DNA from: Candidatus Bathyarchaeota archaeon
Lineage (GTDB): Archaea > Thermoproteota > Bathyarchaeia > TCS64
Assembly: GCA_043826455.1 (NCBI GenBank)
Contig: JBDRQD010000077.1
Span: 1-35,631 of the forward strand
Reading direction: 5' to 3'
DNA length: 35,631 bases
This document shows positions 25,548 to 34,515 of this stretch, one piece after another. The notes beneath the pieces were generated by a model that saw only the letters and a list, made by a program, of their open reading frames with translations, searched no databases and had not been told where the DNA came from. Position 1 is the first letter of the stretch. Each line of letters opens with the position of its first letter. Position numbers and translations under genes: made by a program.

Positions 25548-26495
25548 CTACAGCGTCAGCCCCGTGAACTCCTCGTAGGCCTCCGAGACGGAGCCCACCT
25601 CAACGACTCTCACCGTGTATCCGTTGTCCAGCAGGTACTCCTCCAGGCCCAGCGTCACCTTCTCGTACGTCGTATAGCTGATCCGGCCTCTGGTGACCGT
25701 CACAGGCTTGTAGAGTGTCACGGTTCCCAGCCCCATGGGGACGAGGACGACCTTGGCGCCCGCCTCGGCCGCTGCAAGCGCCTTGTAGGGGACGCCCCCC
25801 ACCTCGCCTATGGAGCCGTCGCTGTTGATGGTCCCCGTCATGTAGACTCCGTCAACGATCTCATTGTGCCCTATGGCCGCCATTATGGCCACCGTTATCG
25901 CGCCTCCGGCGCTCGGCCCGTCCACGGCCTCCACGCTCTCCTCGGCCCTGACGGTGAGGATGATGTCGGTCCCGCTGAAGGAGACGCCCAGTAGGCTCTC
26001 CACCACGGTGGCCGCGGTCCTGACGCTGGCCTGGATGTCCATGCCGTTGATGACCTCCGTGTTGACCAGGACCCGGCCCTGCCCCTCCACCAGGTCCACG
26101 TCGGCGTGCAGCACGTACCCCTTGTAGCTGGCCTGGAGGAAGCTCTGGGATGTCTGGACGGCCAGTATGGGCACACTCGCGTGGCCGATGAGGCCCGATG
26201 AGTTGTCTGATGAAGAGGCCGACTCCGCGTAGAAACTGGACAGCTCCTTGTAGTAGTCCAGCTGGCTTGCGGACATGTTGAGCTGCTGCTCCAGAGCCAT
26301 GGTTCTCAGCGACAGCTCGTTGAGGCTGGAGGCCTGCTCAGCCACCTGGCCGCTCAGCTGGATGTCTTGAAGGTAAAAGTATCCGCACATGGAGGCCAGC
26401 GCCACGTTGATGACCAGGCTTAGGGCAAGCAGCCCACGCCCACGCCTCTTCACCTCCGCCGCATCCACGTCCCGCTCCTCATCTTCTCCGTACAT
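25548..26495 (-). CDS. Membrane-anchored S16 (Lon C-terminal) serine protease without an ATPase domain
   Basis: TM helix plus coiled coil, then DGPSAG (Ser) and MTGTI...VGGVPYK (Lys) dyad; start set at ATG MYGEDEE. Confidence 0.88.
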   Translation of the reverse strand: MYGEDEERDVDAAEVKRRGRGLLALSLVINVALASMCGYFYLQDIQLSGQVAEQASSLNELSLRTMALEQQLNMSASQLDYYKELSSFYAESASSSDNSSGLIGHASVPILAVQTSQSFLQASYKGYVLHADVDLVEGQGRVLVNTEVINGMDIQASVRTAATVVESLLGVSFSGTDIILTVRAEESVEAVDGPSAGGAITVAIMAAIGHNEIVDGVYMTGTINSDGSIGEVGGVPYKALAAAEAGAKVVLVPMGLGTVTLYKPVTVTRGRISYTTYEKVTLGLEEYLLDNGYTVRVVEVGSVSEAYEEFTGLTL

Positions 26496-26911
26496 GGGTC
26501 CTCGACCACAACAAGATGAGGACACTTAATACGGGTTTCTCAACATTACACCAAAATTATCCCAAGATCAGACGCATAACCTAACAAATCAGCAACAGCC
26601 CACCATCCCTACACGGGTAGCACATAAGACAACAAAGGCTCCGAGAACAACACCATCACCCCAATCACAGCCCAAACATACCCGGATAGAGGCACAAGGA
26701 GAACAGATTCCACCACAAAATAGACAACAAAAACAAAAAACACCCCCAACTCAAGCCACAAAAAATTCACGCCAAAGGTACAGCCACAGTACCAGCCCCA
26801 GCCCCCTTAATTTCGCCAAATTACTAGCCACTTGTAAGAAACCCGGAACCCCCCTAATATCGACAATTCCCAGCCACATGGAACAAACCCGTGCCCCAGC
26901 CAGGGACAAGG

Positions 26912-26986
26912 TGGGCCGGACCGGACTTGAACCGGCGACCTCCGCCTCGTAAAGGCGGCGTCCTAACCAGGCTGGACGACCGGCCC
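26912..26986 (-). tRNA. tRNA-Val(TAC)
   Basis: Full cloverleaf: GGGCCGG/CCGGCCC-A acceptor; anticodon arm CCGCC-TT TAC GA-GGCGG; T arm GCCGG-TTCAAGT-CCGGT. Confidence 0.97.
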
Positions 26987-27013
26987 ACGCTCACAGAATC
27001 TAAACCATCCGCC

Positions 27014-27547
27014 TTAAAACCCTTTCACACCCAGAAGCAGCGACATCTCCTCATGCAGGTCCCGCAGCCTCCGGATCGCCGGGTGGCCCTGACCCAGCTT
27101 ACCAGCGAAGTCGCCGATGGTCACCTGAATGTCCACCACCTTACTGCCGCAGACGAGCTTATCAGCGTAGGCCACCAGCTTCTCCTCCAACGTCTCAGGC
27201 ACGTACACCCCCTCCGGAAGCCCCAGGCGCCTGGCCTCAGCCCTGGGTATGCCCCCGCCCACATGCCTGTCCACGATCCTGGCCACCGCCTCAGGCAGCC
27301 CAAGCCCCCGCACCATCCGGCCGCCCACCGCCGCGTGGTCCACCTCGTGGGTCGAGCCCCGCCCGATGTCATGCAGCAGGGCCCCAGCCTCCACTAACCC
27401 GACATCAACTTCCAGACCCTTCTCCCTCAGCCTCTCAGCCATCTCAAGGGCCAGCCTGGTCACGTTCAGGCAGTGGTCGACGACGTGAGGAGCGCACCCG
27501 GCCCTCTCCAGAAGCTCCAGGCACTCCCCCCTGGTGGGCAGACTCAG
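27014..27547 (-). CDS. HDIG/HD-domain metal-dependent phosphohydrolase, probable CTG start
   Basis: LPTRGECLELLERAGCAPHVVDHC...LLHDIGR...RHVGGG...PETLEEKLVAYAD. Confidence 0.88.
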   Translation of the reverse strand: MSLPTRGECLELLERAGCAPHVVDHCLNVTRLALEMAERLREKGLEVDVGLVEAGALLHDIGRGSTHEVDHAAVGGRMVRGLGLPEAVARIVDRHVGGGIPRAEARRLGLPEGVYVPETLEEKLVAYADKLVCGSKVVDIQVTIGDFAGKLGQGHPAIRRLRDLHEEMSLLLGVKGF

Positions 27548-28053
27548 GTCTCCAGCTCCTCCTTGATCTCGGCCACCTTCCTCTCCAGGAACTCCACCAC
27601 CGGGGTGTTGTCCACACGCTTCAGCGCCTCGTTACAGTAGGAGCAGTGAAAAACCGTCTCCATGGCGTCCTCGAAGGTGGTGTTGGGGCACTGAGGGTTG
27701 CCGCAGTGGTAGAACTCGTGGGTATGCTCGTACTCCAGCCGGGTCTCCAGCTTACGGAGAATCTTCTGCTTGGTGCTCTGCACATAAGCCTCCACCAGCT
27801 GCGGCTGGAGGCTCCACTGGAAGATGAACCACCCCGTCTCCTTGTCCCTGAAACGCCTGTTAGTCACCAAACTATGGTTGTAGAACCTGTACAGAAGCTT
27901 CCTGACGTCGTTGATCTGGATGCCCGTGGTCTCCGCCAGCTCCTCCACGGTGATGTTCTCCCGCTGGCTGAGGGCCTCGATGATCTTGACCCCCTCCTCG
28001 CCCCCCAGGACCCTGGCGATGTTGACAAGCGTCTCGCTGTTGACGTGGTACAT
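27544..28053 (-). CDS. tfe: Archaeal transcription factor E (TFIIE-alpha homolog); alternative start 28062
   Basis: Winged helix (EELAETTGIQINDVRKLLY), RDKETGWFIFQW, zinc ribbon (CGNPQC...FHCSYC). Confidence 0.95.
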   Translation of the reverse strand: MYHVNSETLVNIARVLGGEEGVKIIEALSQRENITVEELAETTGIQINDVRKLLYRFYNHSLVTNRRFRDKETGWFIFQWSLQPQLVEAYVQSTKQKILRKLETRLEYEHTHEFYHCGNPQCPNTTFEDAMETVFHCSYCNEALKRVDNTPVVEFLERKVAEIKEELET

Positions 28054-28101
28054 TGAAGCCATAGATTCTCCGATCCTAATATCTATGCCTACTGGCACGA
28101 C

Positions 28102-28626
28102 TTAATCTTTGCTCACCGCCAGCTCCTTGCCCCTGGCCGAAGGAACGATCCTCAGCCTGGCCCCAGGGTGTTCCCTGGAAAGCTCGGAGCCCCCGTAGAA
28201 CATGTGCAGAAAAAGGGCCAGGGCGCTCACCTCGCTGTGAGGCTGAAGAGTCACCGAGACGTTCCAGTCAGCCAGCCCGAACACGTCCCCAGGCACCTTA
28301 GGGCCGCCCACCACCACCAGCAGGGGCCCCTCGCCGGCCGCCACCTCGTGGACTACGTCTTGCGCCGGCAGCCCGTACATGGTGAGGTGGACCACGCCCC
28401 CTTCCCAGTCCCTCACCACCCGTCTCCAGTTGGCTGCGTACTCGACACTGAAGTCGCCGCCCCAGTCGCGGACGATCTTCCTGACGCTCTCCTCGAGGCC
28501 TGAGTCACGGATGCCAGCATAGAAGGCGCCGGAAGCCCCGAAGGCCCTGGCCGCCAACAGCAGGTGAGTGCTCAGGCGCTTGTCCCTCAGGGGCCTGTGG
28601 CCAAGGCGGAGGACCGTGGTCTTCAT
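28102..28626 (-). CDS. trm56: tRNA (cytidine(56)-2'-O)-methyltransferase
   Basis: VLRLGHRPLRDKR, HLTMYG and NVSVTLQPHSEV. Confidence 0.93.
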   Translation of the reverse strand: MKTTVLRLGHRPLRDKRLSTHLLLAARAFGASGAFYAGIRDSGLEESVRKIVRDWGGDFSVEYAANWRRVVRDWEGGVVHLTMYGLPAQDVVHEVAAGEGPLLVVVGGPKVPGDVFGLADWNVSVTLQPHSEVSALALFLHMFYGGSELSREHPGARLRIVPSARGKELAVSKD

Positions 28627-28663
28627 GGCGGATACTTGACGCGCCCCCAATATAACCCCGAGG

Positions 28664-29317
28664 GTGGTAGTGCTTTTATGCCCAGGCGCCCAATTCACCG
28701 GGATAACGTTGCCCGAGACAGGCGAAGAGGTACCTTCACTGCCCCTGATGACCAGGAGGCGGCTCCTGGGGTACATGATCCCCGCCTTCAACCTCCCCCT
28801 CTTCGCCTGGAACCTCTACAGCCTCGTAGTCAAGGTGCAGGGGGGCATGAACCTCAACTCCGTCGCCTTCCTGGAGGAGCTCCTGGTCACCTTCAGCGCC
28901 CTGTTCCTTGCCCTGCTGCTGCCCAGGTACTTCCCCGTCTACCCCAGCAGGTACAGGCTGGAGCCCGAGGGCCTGACCGTGAGCAGGTTCCTGAAGGGCA
29001 GGAAGGTGCTACACTACAAGGAGATAGACAGGGCCGAGGTCTACATCAGGGTGGACGAGGAGATCAGCAGCGAGGCCAAGAACTACGCCATGGATCAGTC
29101 CGCCAGTCTCCGCAAGTCCGGGTTCAAGTTCCAGGACTACACCAACGACGACAGCATCATCATGAACCTGTATGTGGGCAAAGAGATCCTCATGATAAGC
29201 CCCTCCAAGCCCCGCAGCCTCCTCAAGGACCTCAAGCGCCACAACAGGAGGTTCACGGCCAGGATCGTGGAGCTCACCAGCCGAGGTAAGAGTGTGCAGG
29301 ACCTAGGGGGCCCGTGA
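28664..29317 (+). CDS. Hypothetical membrane protein (two TM helices plus soluble domain)
   Basis: 217-aa ORF with strong backbone codon bias. Confidence 0.75.
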   Translation: MVVLLCPGAQFTGITLPETGEEVPSLPLMTRRRLLGYMIPAFNLPLFAWNLYSLVVKVQGGMNLNSVAFLEELLVTFSALFLALLLPRYFPVYPSRYRLEPEGLTVSRFLKGRKVLHYKEIDRAEVYIRVDEEISSEAKNYAMDQSASLRKSGFKFQDYTNDDSIIMNLYVGKEILMISPSKPRSLLKDLKRHNRRFTARIVELTSRGKSVQDLGGP

Positions 29318-29339
29318 CCTGGCTGAGCCCACCCCCGAG

Positions 29340-29777
29340 ATGCTACCCGTCTTCGCCGGCACTGTCGTTAAAGAACACCCAGACGACTACATGGTGGTGA
29401 GCATAGGCCCAGGCTACGCCGAGGAGGCCCGTAGACGCCTGAGCCGACTCCAGCCCTTCAGCTCCGTGACCTACGACCACAGTGAGGTGTCCGTGGTGCT
29501 GCGCTCCTCAGAGTGGGCCAACCTCAAACACCATTTCCCCGGCGCCATGGTGGAGGGACCATACAGGATCATAACCTTCGACATCGTGCTGGACCTGAGC
29601 CTGGTGGGCTTCCTATCAGTGGTCTCGGGGCTCCTGGCCGAGAACGGCGTCAGCATCTACGCCCTGTCCACCTACCTCAGAGACCACATACTGGTCAGAA
29701 AGGGGGACGCCCCCAAAGCGGTGGAGCTCCTCAACGGGCTCGTGGAGAGGTCAAGAAAAATACTAGAAAACGGGTAA
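29340..29777 (+). CDS. ACT domain protein (CASTOR/ACT_7-like)
   Basis: EVSVV and LDLSLVGFL...LAENGVSIYALSTYLRDHILV. Confidence 0.88.
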   Translation: MLPVFAGTVVKEHPDDYMVVSIGPGYAEEARRRLSRLQPFSSVTYDHSEVSVVLRSSEWANLKHHFPGAMVEGPYRIITFDIVLDLSLVGFLSVVSGLLAENGVSIYALSTYLRDHILVRKGDAPKAVELLNGLVERSRKILENG

Positions 29778-29818
29778 GAACCTATATTTTGGTGGTTGGC
29801 GTTCCTTCACAGATCGGT

Positions 29819-30409
29819 ATGCAGCCACACATAGGTTCCAAAGGCCTGGTCTTCGCGGCCATGATGGCGGCCCTCGGCAACGTCCTCAGCTTCCTGTCCA
29901 TGCAGCTGGCCCCCATAGCCCCCAACGTGCCCCTGGGCCCTGTCTCGGTGAGCCTGGCCCTGGACCTGTCTCACCTGGCCACCTTCATAGCGGCCCTCTT
30001 CGGGGGGCCCCTGGTGGGGGGCCTCACGGGCCTGGTGGGGGGCATGGTGGCGGCCTTCGAGTTCGGTTTCAGTAAGGGTAACCTGGTGACTGGGTTCGGG
30101 TTGCCCCTGGGTAAGGCCATGACGGGGGTGGCAGCTGGCTATGTCTTCAGGTGGTTGTACAGGGAGGGGGGCGCCGGTAGGCTTGTGGCGTCCACGGTGG
30201 TGTCTTATGTCCCTGAGGCGCTGCTGACCCTGTTTCTCTTCGTCTACGTGCTGCCTCCATTGACGGGGCTGCCCGTGGCCATAGCGTCGGCGGTTGCGGT
30301 CCAGATCGTGGTGAAGGCCTTCGTGGAGATGGTGATCCTGGGCATTATACTGGCGGGGCTGGTCTCCAACCTGGGCTTCAAGACGTACGCCAGGGGCTAC
30401 TTCCAGTAA
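29819..30409 (+). CDS. Multi-pass membrane protein, ECF transporter S-component-like
   Basis: AAMMAAL and LDLSH...ALFGGPLVG; five to six hydrophobic segments; start set at ATG 29819. Confidence 0.7.
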   Translation: MQPHIGSKGLVFAAMMAALGNVLSFLSMQLAPIAPNVPLGPVSVSLALDLSHLATFIAALFGGPLVGGLTGLVGGMVAAFEFGFSKGNLVTGFGLPLGKAMTGVAAGYVFRWLYREGGAGRLVASTVVSYVPEALLTLFLFVYVLPPLTGLPVAIASAVAVQIVVKAFVEMVILGIILAGLVSNLGFKTYARGYFQ

Positions 30410-30440
30410 CGGTTTTACCCTCAGCCGCCTCGAGTCACAT

Positions 30441-31262
30441 ATGGATCAGGTCTCCGTGGAGTGGCTCAGGGGGCTGGGCATGGGCTACGGCTTCGACGTG
30501 GGGGCTTATATGGGTGCGGACCTGGCCTGGTTTCTCAGGGACGGCGAGCCCGTGTTCAGCTTCGCATTGGACAGTGGCGATGGCTCGGGGGGCTTCATGG
30601 TGACCCTGGGCCTGTTCTGGGGGTCTGCCGACTATATCAACAAACCTTGGTGCCATTTTCTGGTGCTGGTTGGGGGCGCGTTGAACCCTGAGCACCGGGC
30701 AATGCTGGGTGCCTTGGCGTTCCAGTTCCAGGTGCGGGTGGTGGACGACCCTAAGCCGGGGGACTTCAGGGCGCTGCTGGATGAGAGGGTGGCTTACCTT
30801 GTGAAGACTCTGGGCCGGTACGCGCCTGACGGCTCCGTGGCTAGCCTTAAGCGATCCGTTGGGGCCTGGATGGGCGAGAGGCCCCGGGTGGAGGTGAGGT
30901 ACAGGTGCTCCGCTGCGTATGATCCTGGCAGCCTCGCTGTGTTCGGTGAGGGCGGTGAGTTGGGGCCTTCTAGGAGGGCCGTGCCCGTGAGCTTGGTGGC
31001 GGGGTGGGCGAGGCTTGAGGGTGTGCTGCTCCGGCTGGTGGAGGCCGGTGGTCTCAGGTTCTCGACGGAGCACAGGAGCCTGCCCCTGGTGGTGGAGTTG
31101 GGGTTGGGGGGTGATCCGTGGCTGGGGCTGCGGTTTGAGGCTGAGAAGGGTAACCTGGCTCAGGCGGTGGCCTTCGAGGAGTTTCTGGTGGCCGCGGGTG
31201 AGAGTGTTGTCAGGGTGGTGGATGCCGGTGGCTCGTCGCTGGTGGAGCTTCAGCTCCTGTAG
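30441..31262 (+). CDS. Hypothetical protein
   Basis: 273-aa ORF with ATG start, co-oriented with the upstream genes. Confidence 0.7.
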   Translation: MDQVSVEWLRGLGMGYGFDVGAYMGADLAWFLRDGEPVFSFALDSGDGSGGFMVTLGLFWGSADYINKPWCHFLVLVGGALNPEHRAMLGALAFQFQVRVVDDPKPGDFRALLDERVAYLVKTLGRYAPDGSVASLKRSVGAWMGERPRVEVRYRCSAAYDPGSLAVFGEGGELGPSRRAVPVSLVAGWARLEGVLLRLVEAGGLRFSTEHRSLPLVVELGLGGDPWLGLRFEAEKGNLAQAVAFEEFLVAAGESVVRVVDAGGSSLVELQLL

Positions 31263-31369
31263 GTTTGTTACTGGGTCTCTTGCAGTGGGTCGATGTTGAG
31301 GAGGTTTTGCTTCGAGGATTGTTACAGGTGGCTTCCAGTTTATTTTTTTGGCGTTGACGGCTGCTGCCG

Positions 31370-31595
31370 GGAGAACGTGAAGAGGATTTGGATCATCTTC
31401 TTTCTTGGTGTTGCGGCCTCGTCGGGGTCGGCTACCCCATTGGTTGAAGAATCCGCCAATGGGGGATTCCACCTACCTTTTTTTCATATACACCCCAGGT
31501 CTCGTCGGCCTCGCGGGATTGGTGACTCGTTTTATGGCTGAAAAAACCACCATAAAATGATACCCCCCTACGTTTTTTACACATCAGGCTCTCAG
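31370..31595. repeat. Dispersed non-coding repeat family A, copy 2
   Basis: GGTGACT.GTTTTATG.CTGAAAAAAC..CCATAAAATGATACCCCCCTAC.TTTTTT.CACATC.GG shared with about 2298-2365. Confidence 0.8.
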
Positions 31596-31797
31596 TGGCG
31601 CAGTTGTTGACGTGAATTTGGGGACGGGTTTTTGTATGGTATGAACAGCGTTTTTGCGTAGATTCATGCGGCGTCGGACCGGTTCTGTGGCTCCTTTTGG
31701 TGTGGGGCGTCCGTTTCCGGTTTTTCTTGCTCTACCCCCCCTCCCCTCTCACTGGGTGTCCGGTGCTGGCGTGGTGCGCGTATCGTTCGCTGGGTGG

Positions 31798-31822
31798 CTT
31801 ATACCCTCTAGGAGGGTATAAG
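31798..31822. promoter_or_regulatory. Perfect 11-bp inverted repeat, probable protein-binding site
   Basis: CTTATACCCTC tag GAGGGTATAAG. Confidence 0.55.
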
Positions 31823-32021
31823 GCGGAAAAAAAATTCCATCCATTGCTTCATGTTTTTGTTTCGGTGAAACGCCTCCTCGTCCTCGACCGGGAGCACCTG
31901 AAAACCCATTATCAAAAACCTCTGAACTTTTATCATGGTGTTTCCTAAGGTGTTAACTAATTGATAAATAGACGCTGGGCTGCATACTTGAGCCTGGTGA
32001 TTTGTGTTTCGGGTGGCGGCG

Positions 32022-33236
32022 CTACTTGGTTTTGGCTCTCTTCTGGGTCATTATCTTGACCACGTCCCTGTGCCTGAGGGTGTAGTCCTTGGGTAGGCGG
32101 AGGCCTGTGCGGGCGTCTATGGCCAGTATGTAGTCCTCGGCTAGTCGTGTGTGGACGGTCTCGGCCAGGTCCTTGGGGGTGGCGTCGTTGGGCATGAGGT
32201 GGGCGTCGGGGAGCACGTTGCCGTCGCCGTCGGTGTACTTGTTCTCGTCGCTGACTGGGTACACCATGTTGCGGCGGAGGAGCTTGAAGGCCACGGTGTT
32301 GAGGGCGTGCTGGATGCCGGTCCTCATGAACTTGTACATTACCCTGTGCTCTATGTACTCTATGGCCTTCCTCTGGTCCAGGGAGAGCTGGGCCTCGTCC
32401 ACCACGGTGAACTTCTCCTGGCCAGGGGCGTACTTGATGAGGCCGCTCCTGTCGGCGCGTCTCAGGGCCAGCTCGGCCTCAGCTGAGCACGCCGCCACCA
32501 GGCCGTCGCTGTGGTACTCTATGAGCTTCTCCAGGTTTTCCTCGGCTGTGGGTAGGTCCATCTTGTTGGCCATGAGGAGGGTGGGCTTGATGATGGGCAG
32601 GAGGCTGGAGCTGAAGTCAAGAGTCTCCTCGGGGGTCCACCTAGAGATGGGTTTGTCGTTTAGCTCGGACTTCTTCAGGGCCGCCACCACGTCGGGGACC
32701 CTGGTCTTTATGCCTGTGAGGACCTTGGCGAGGGCCGCCTCCAGGCTGGTCTTCTCCGCCTCTCGCTCCATTCGCTGCTTGTTCCGGTCCAGGATGTGGC
32801 TGACCCAGAGCTCCATCTCCATCTCTATGTCCATGAAGTCCTGGACGGGGTTGCCGCTGCCCGGGCTGCTGATTTTGCCCTCCTCGTCCACGCTGCCTGA
32901 GGCGTCCACCACGTGGATGAGGGCGTCGGCCTGGCCTATGGCTGAGAGGAACCTGTTGCCCAGGCCGCGGCCCCTCCACGCGTCCTTCACTAGGCCGGGT
33001 ACGTCCACGATCCTCACGGGGATGTAGCGCCACCCCTCGATGCAGGCGCTGTTCTTGGGCTGGTCCTTGACTCCTAGTTCCTGGCAGACACATATGTCGC
33101 AGGTGTAGGCGGTGCCGGCGTTGGGCTCCTTGGTGGTGAAGGGGTAGTTGCTTATCTCGGCGTTGAGGAGGGTGGCGGCGTTGAAGAGGGTGGTTTTTCC
33201 TACGTTGGTTTTTCCTACGATGGCGAAGGTTAGCAT
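32022..33236 (-). CDS. ychF: Archaeal YchF/OLA1-family translation-associated NTPase
   Basis: GKTNVGKTT, NYPFTT, DVPGLV, GRGLGNRFL, NKMD, C-terminal TGS. Confidence 0.93.
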   Translation of the reverse strand: MLTFAIVGKTNVGKTTLFNAATLLNAEISNYPFTTKEPNAGTAYTCDICVCQELGVKDQPKNSACIEGWRYIPVRIVDVPGLVKDAWRGRGLGNRFLSAIGQADALIHVVDASGSVDEEGKISSPGSGNPVQDFMDIEMEMELWVSHILDRNKQRMEREAEKTSLEAALAKVLTGIKTRVPDVVAALKKSELNDKPISRWTPEETLDFSSSLLPIIKPTLLMANKMDLPTAEENLEKLIEYHSDGLVAACSAEAELALRRADRSGLIKYAPGQEKFTVVDEAQLSLDQRKAIEYIEHRVMYKFMRTGIQHALNTVAFKLLRRNMVYPVSDENKYTDGDGNVLPDAHLMPNDATPKDLAETVHTRLAEDYILAIDARTGLRLPKDYTLRHRDVVKIMTQKRAKTK

Positions 33237-33292
33237 GGTTCACCCATTATTGTTTATTGAAGTTATGGAATATGAGTGGTTCGATCAGAAGG

Positions 33293-33326
33293 TGGCACTG
33301 GGAGTGGGATTCGAACCCATGCGGTT
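33293..33326 (-). repeat. tRNA-Ser-like 3'-end fragment with CCA (att-like); boundary of the right accessory tract
   Basis: Minus strand reads AACCGCATGGGTTCGAATCCCACTCCCAGTGCCA. Confidence 0.75.
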
Positions 33327-33353
33327 AAATTGAATACGATTATTGTCTGAGAG

Positions 33354-33764
33354 ATGAAATTCAACAAGCTCATTCCAGAGCTGTCTGTGACTAATATCCA
33401 AAAAAGTCTACAGTTTTATGTGGATACTCTTGGGTTCACAATCGATTATTCCAGACCCGAGGACAAGTTTTACTTCCTATCATACGAAGGCTCTCAGATA
33501 ATGATCGAGGAAATCAACAACCACTGGTGGACGGGGGAACTTGAACACCCGTTCGGGAGGGGGATCAACTTCCAGATGGAGGTGAGCGACGTATCTGTTC
33601 TCATGGAAAGACTTGATGAAGCTAATATAACTCTGTTCCGTCCTCTGAAAGAGAGCTGGTACAGGGGCGAAGATACCGAGTTTGGCCAGATAGAGTTCCT
33701 CGTACAGGACCCTGATGGATACCTGCTGAGATTTACTCAAGACATTAGGGAGAGAATATTGTAA
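33354..33764 (+). CDS. VOC/bleomycin-resistance family protein
   Basis: LIPELSV, FYVDTLGF, PFGRGINFQ and EFLVQDPDGYLLRF. Confidence 0.92.
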   Translation: MKFNKLIPELSVTNIQKSLQFYVDTLGFTIDYSRPEDKFYFLSYEGSQIMIEEINNHWWTGELEHPFGRGINFQMEVSDVSVLMERLDEANITLFRPLKESWYRGEDTEFGQIEFLVQDPDGYLLRFTQDIRERIL

Positions 33765-33767
33765 GAA

Positions 33768-33818
33768 TGGCTCAGGAAGGGTTATGCACCTAAAATTTTA
33801 TTCTATAATATTCGTTAT
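33768..33818 (-). repeat. About 50-bp direct repeat, copy 1 (degenerate tRNA 3' end plus conserved flank)
   Basis: TGGCTCAGGAAGGGTTATGCACCTAAAATTTTATTCTATAATATTCGTTAT, matching 35341-35392. Confidence 0.85.
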
Positions 33819-33829
33819 GAGGGTTAGAT

Positions 33830-33875
33830 TTTCGGTTAAAACCGAAATTTTCTGTAAATACCGAAAATTTAAATA
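33830..33875 (+). promoter_or_regulatory. Two tandem inverted-repeat operators abutting the TATA box of the TA operon
   Basis: TTTCGGT-taaa-ACCGAAA and AAATTTTCTGT-aaat-ACCGAAAATTT, then TTTAAATA about 25 nt before the start. Confidence 0.7.
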
Positions 33876-33900
33876 GAGGACGCATTTGAATTAAATTGAG

Positions 33901-34515
33901 TTGAACCTTTCATCCTTCCAATCCTATCGAGTAGCAAAACACCTACTAGAACACAAGTCCTCAAGTCAGACAGATATCTCCAATAAAACAGGCGTAGCCA
34001 TCGGGTACGTCAATGAAGTCGTTCACGAGTTATCAGACCTAAACATAGTGAAAATAGAGTACGGAAAAACCATGCTGATGGATCACGTGAAGCTGTTAGA
34101 GAAGATAAGCTTCGACAGACCCTATAAGAAACTTGTACACGCAGAGTTCAGACTACCCGCATCAACAATAATGGAAACAGAGAAAATGGTAACACAGTAC
34201 TGCTTGAGCAACAACATCGAACACGCTTACACGATGTACAGCGCCCTCAAACACTACTACGAGTACCACATCACCTACCCCGCAATACACGTCTACGTAA
34301 AAAACCCTGAAAAAATAGGGGAAATAGAGCAGGGAGAAGGAGCAATCCCGGTAATCGTGCTTAAGCCCGATAGACCAGACATCATAGAGCAATCGCTAAT
34401 TAAAGCCGAAAACAGAATATGCGATAAAACGCAGGTCCTAATCGACCTATACTCAAGTGGCGTAGGCAGAGATGCAGCAATAAGATTCTACAGGGACACG
34501 ATATGGAAGAGCTAA
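33901..34515 (+). CDS. AbiEi-like type IV antitoxin / winged-HTH regulator
   Basis: N-terminal HTH (SQTDISNKTGVAIGYVNEVV); C-terminal AYT..SA, IHVYV and QVLIDLY...GRDAA. Confidence 0.75.
   Translation: MNLSSFQSYRVAKHLLEHKSSSQTDISNKTGVAIGYVNEVVHELSDLNIVKIEYGKTMLMDHVKLLEKISFDRPYKKLVHAEFRLPASTIMETEKMVTQYCLSNNIEHAYTMYSALKHYYEYHITYPAIHVYVKNPEKIGEIEQGEGAIPVIVLKPDRPDIIEQSLIKAENRICDKTQVLIDLYSSGVGRDAAIRFYRDTIWKS

Noticed and set aside
26891..27397. 168-aa plus-strand ORF over tRNA-Val
   Set aside because: Antisense to the tRNA and to the HD-domain gene.
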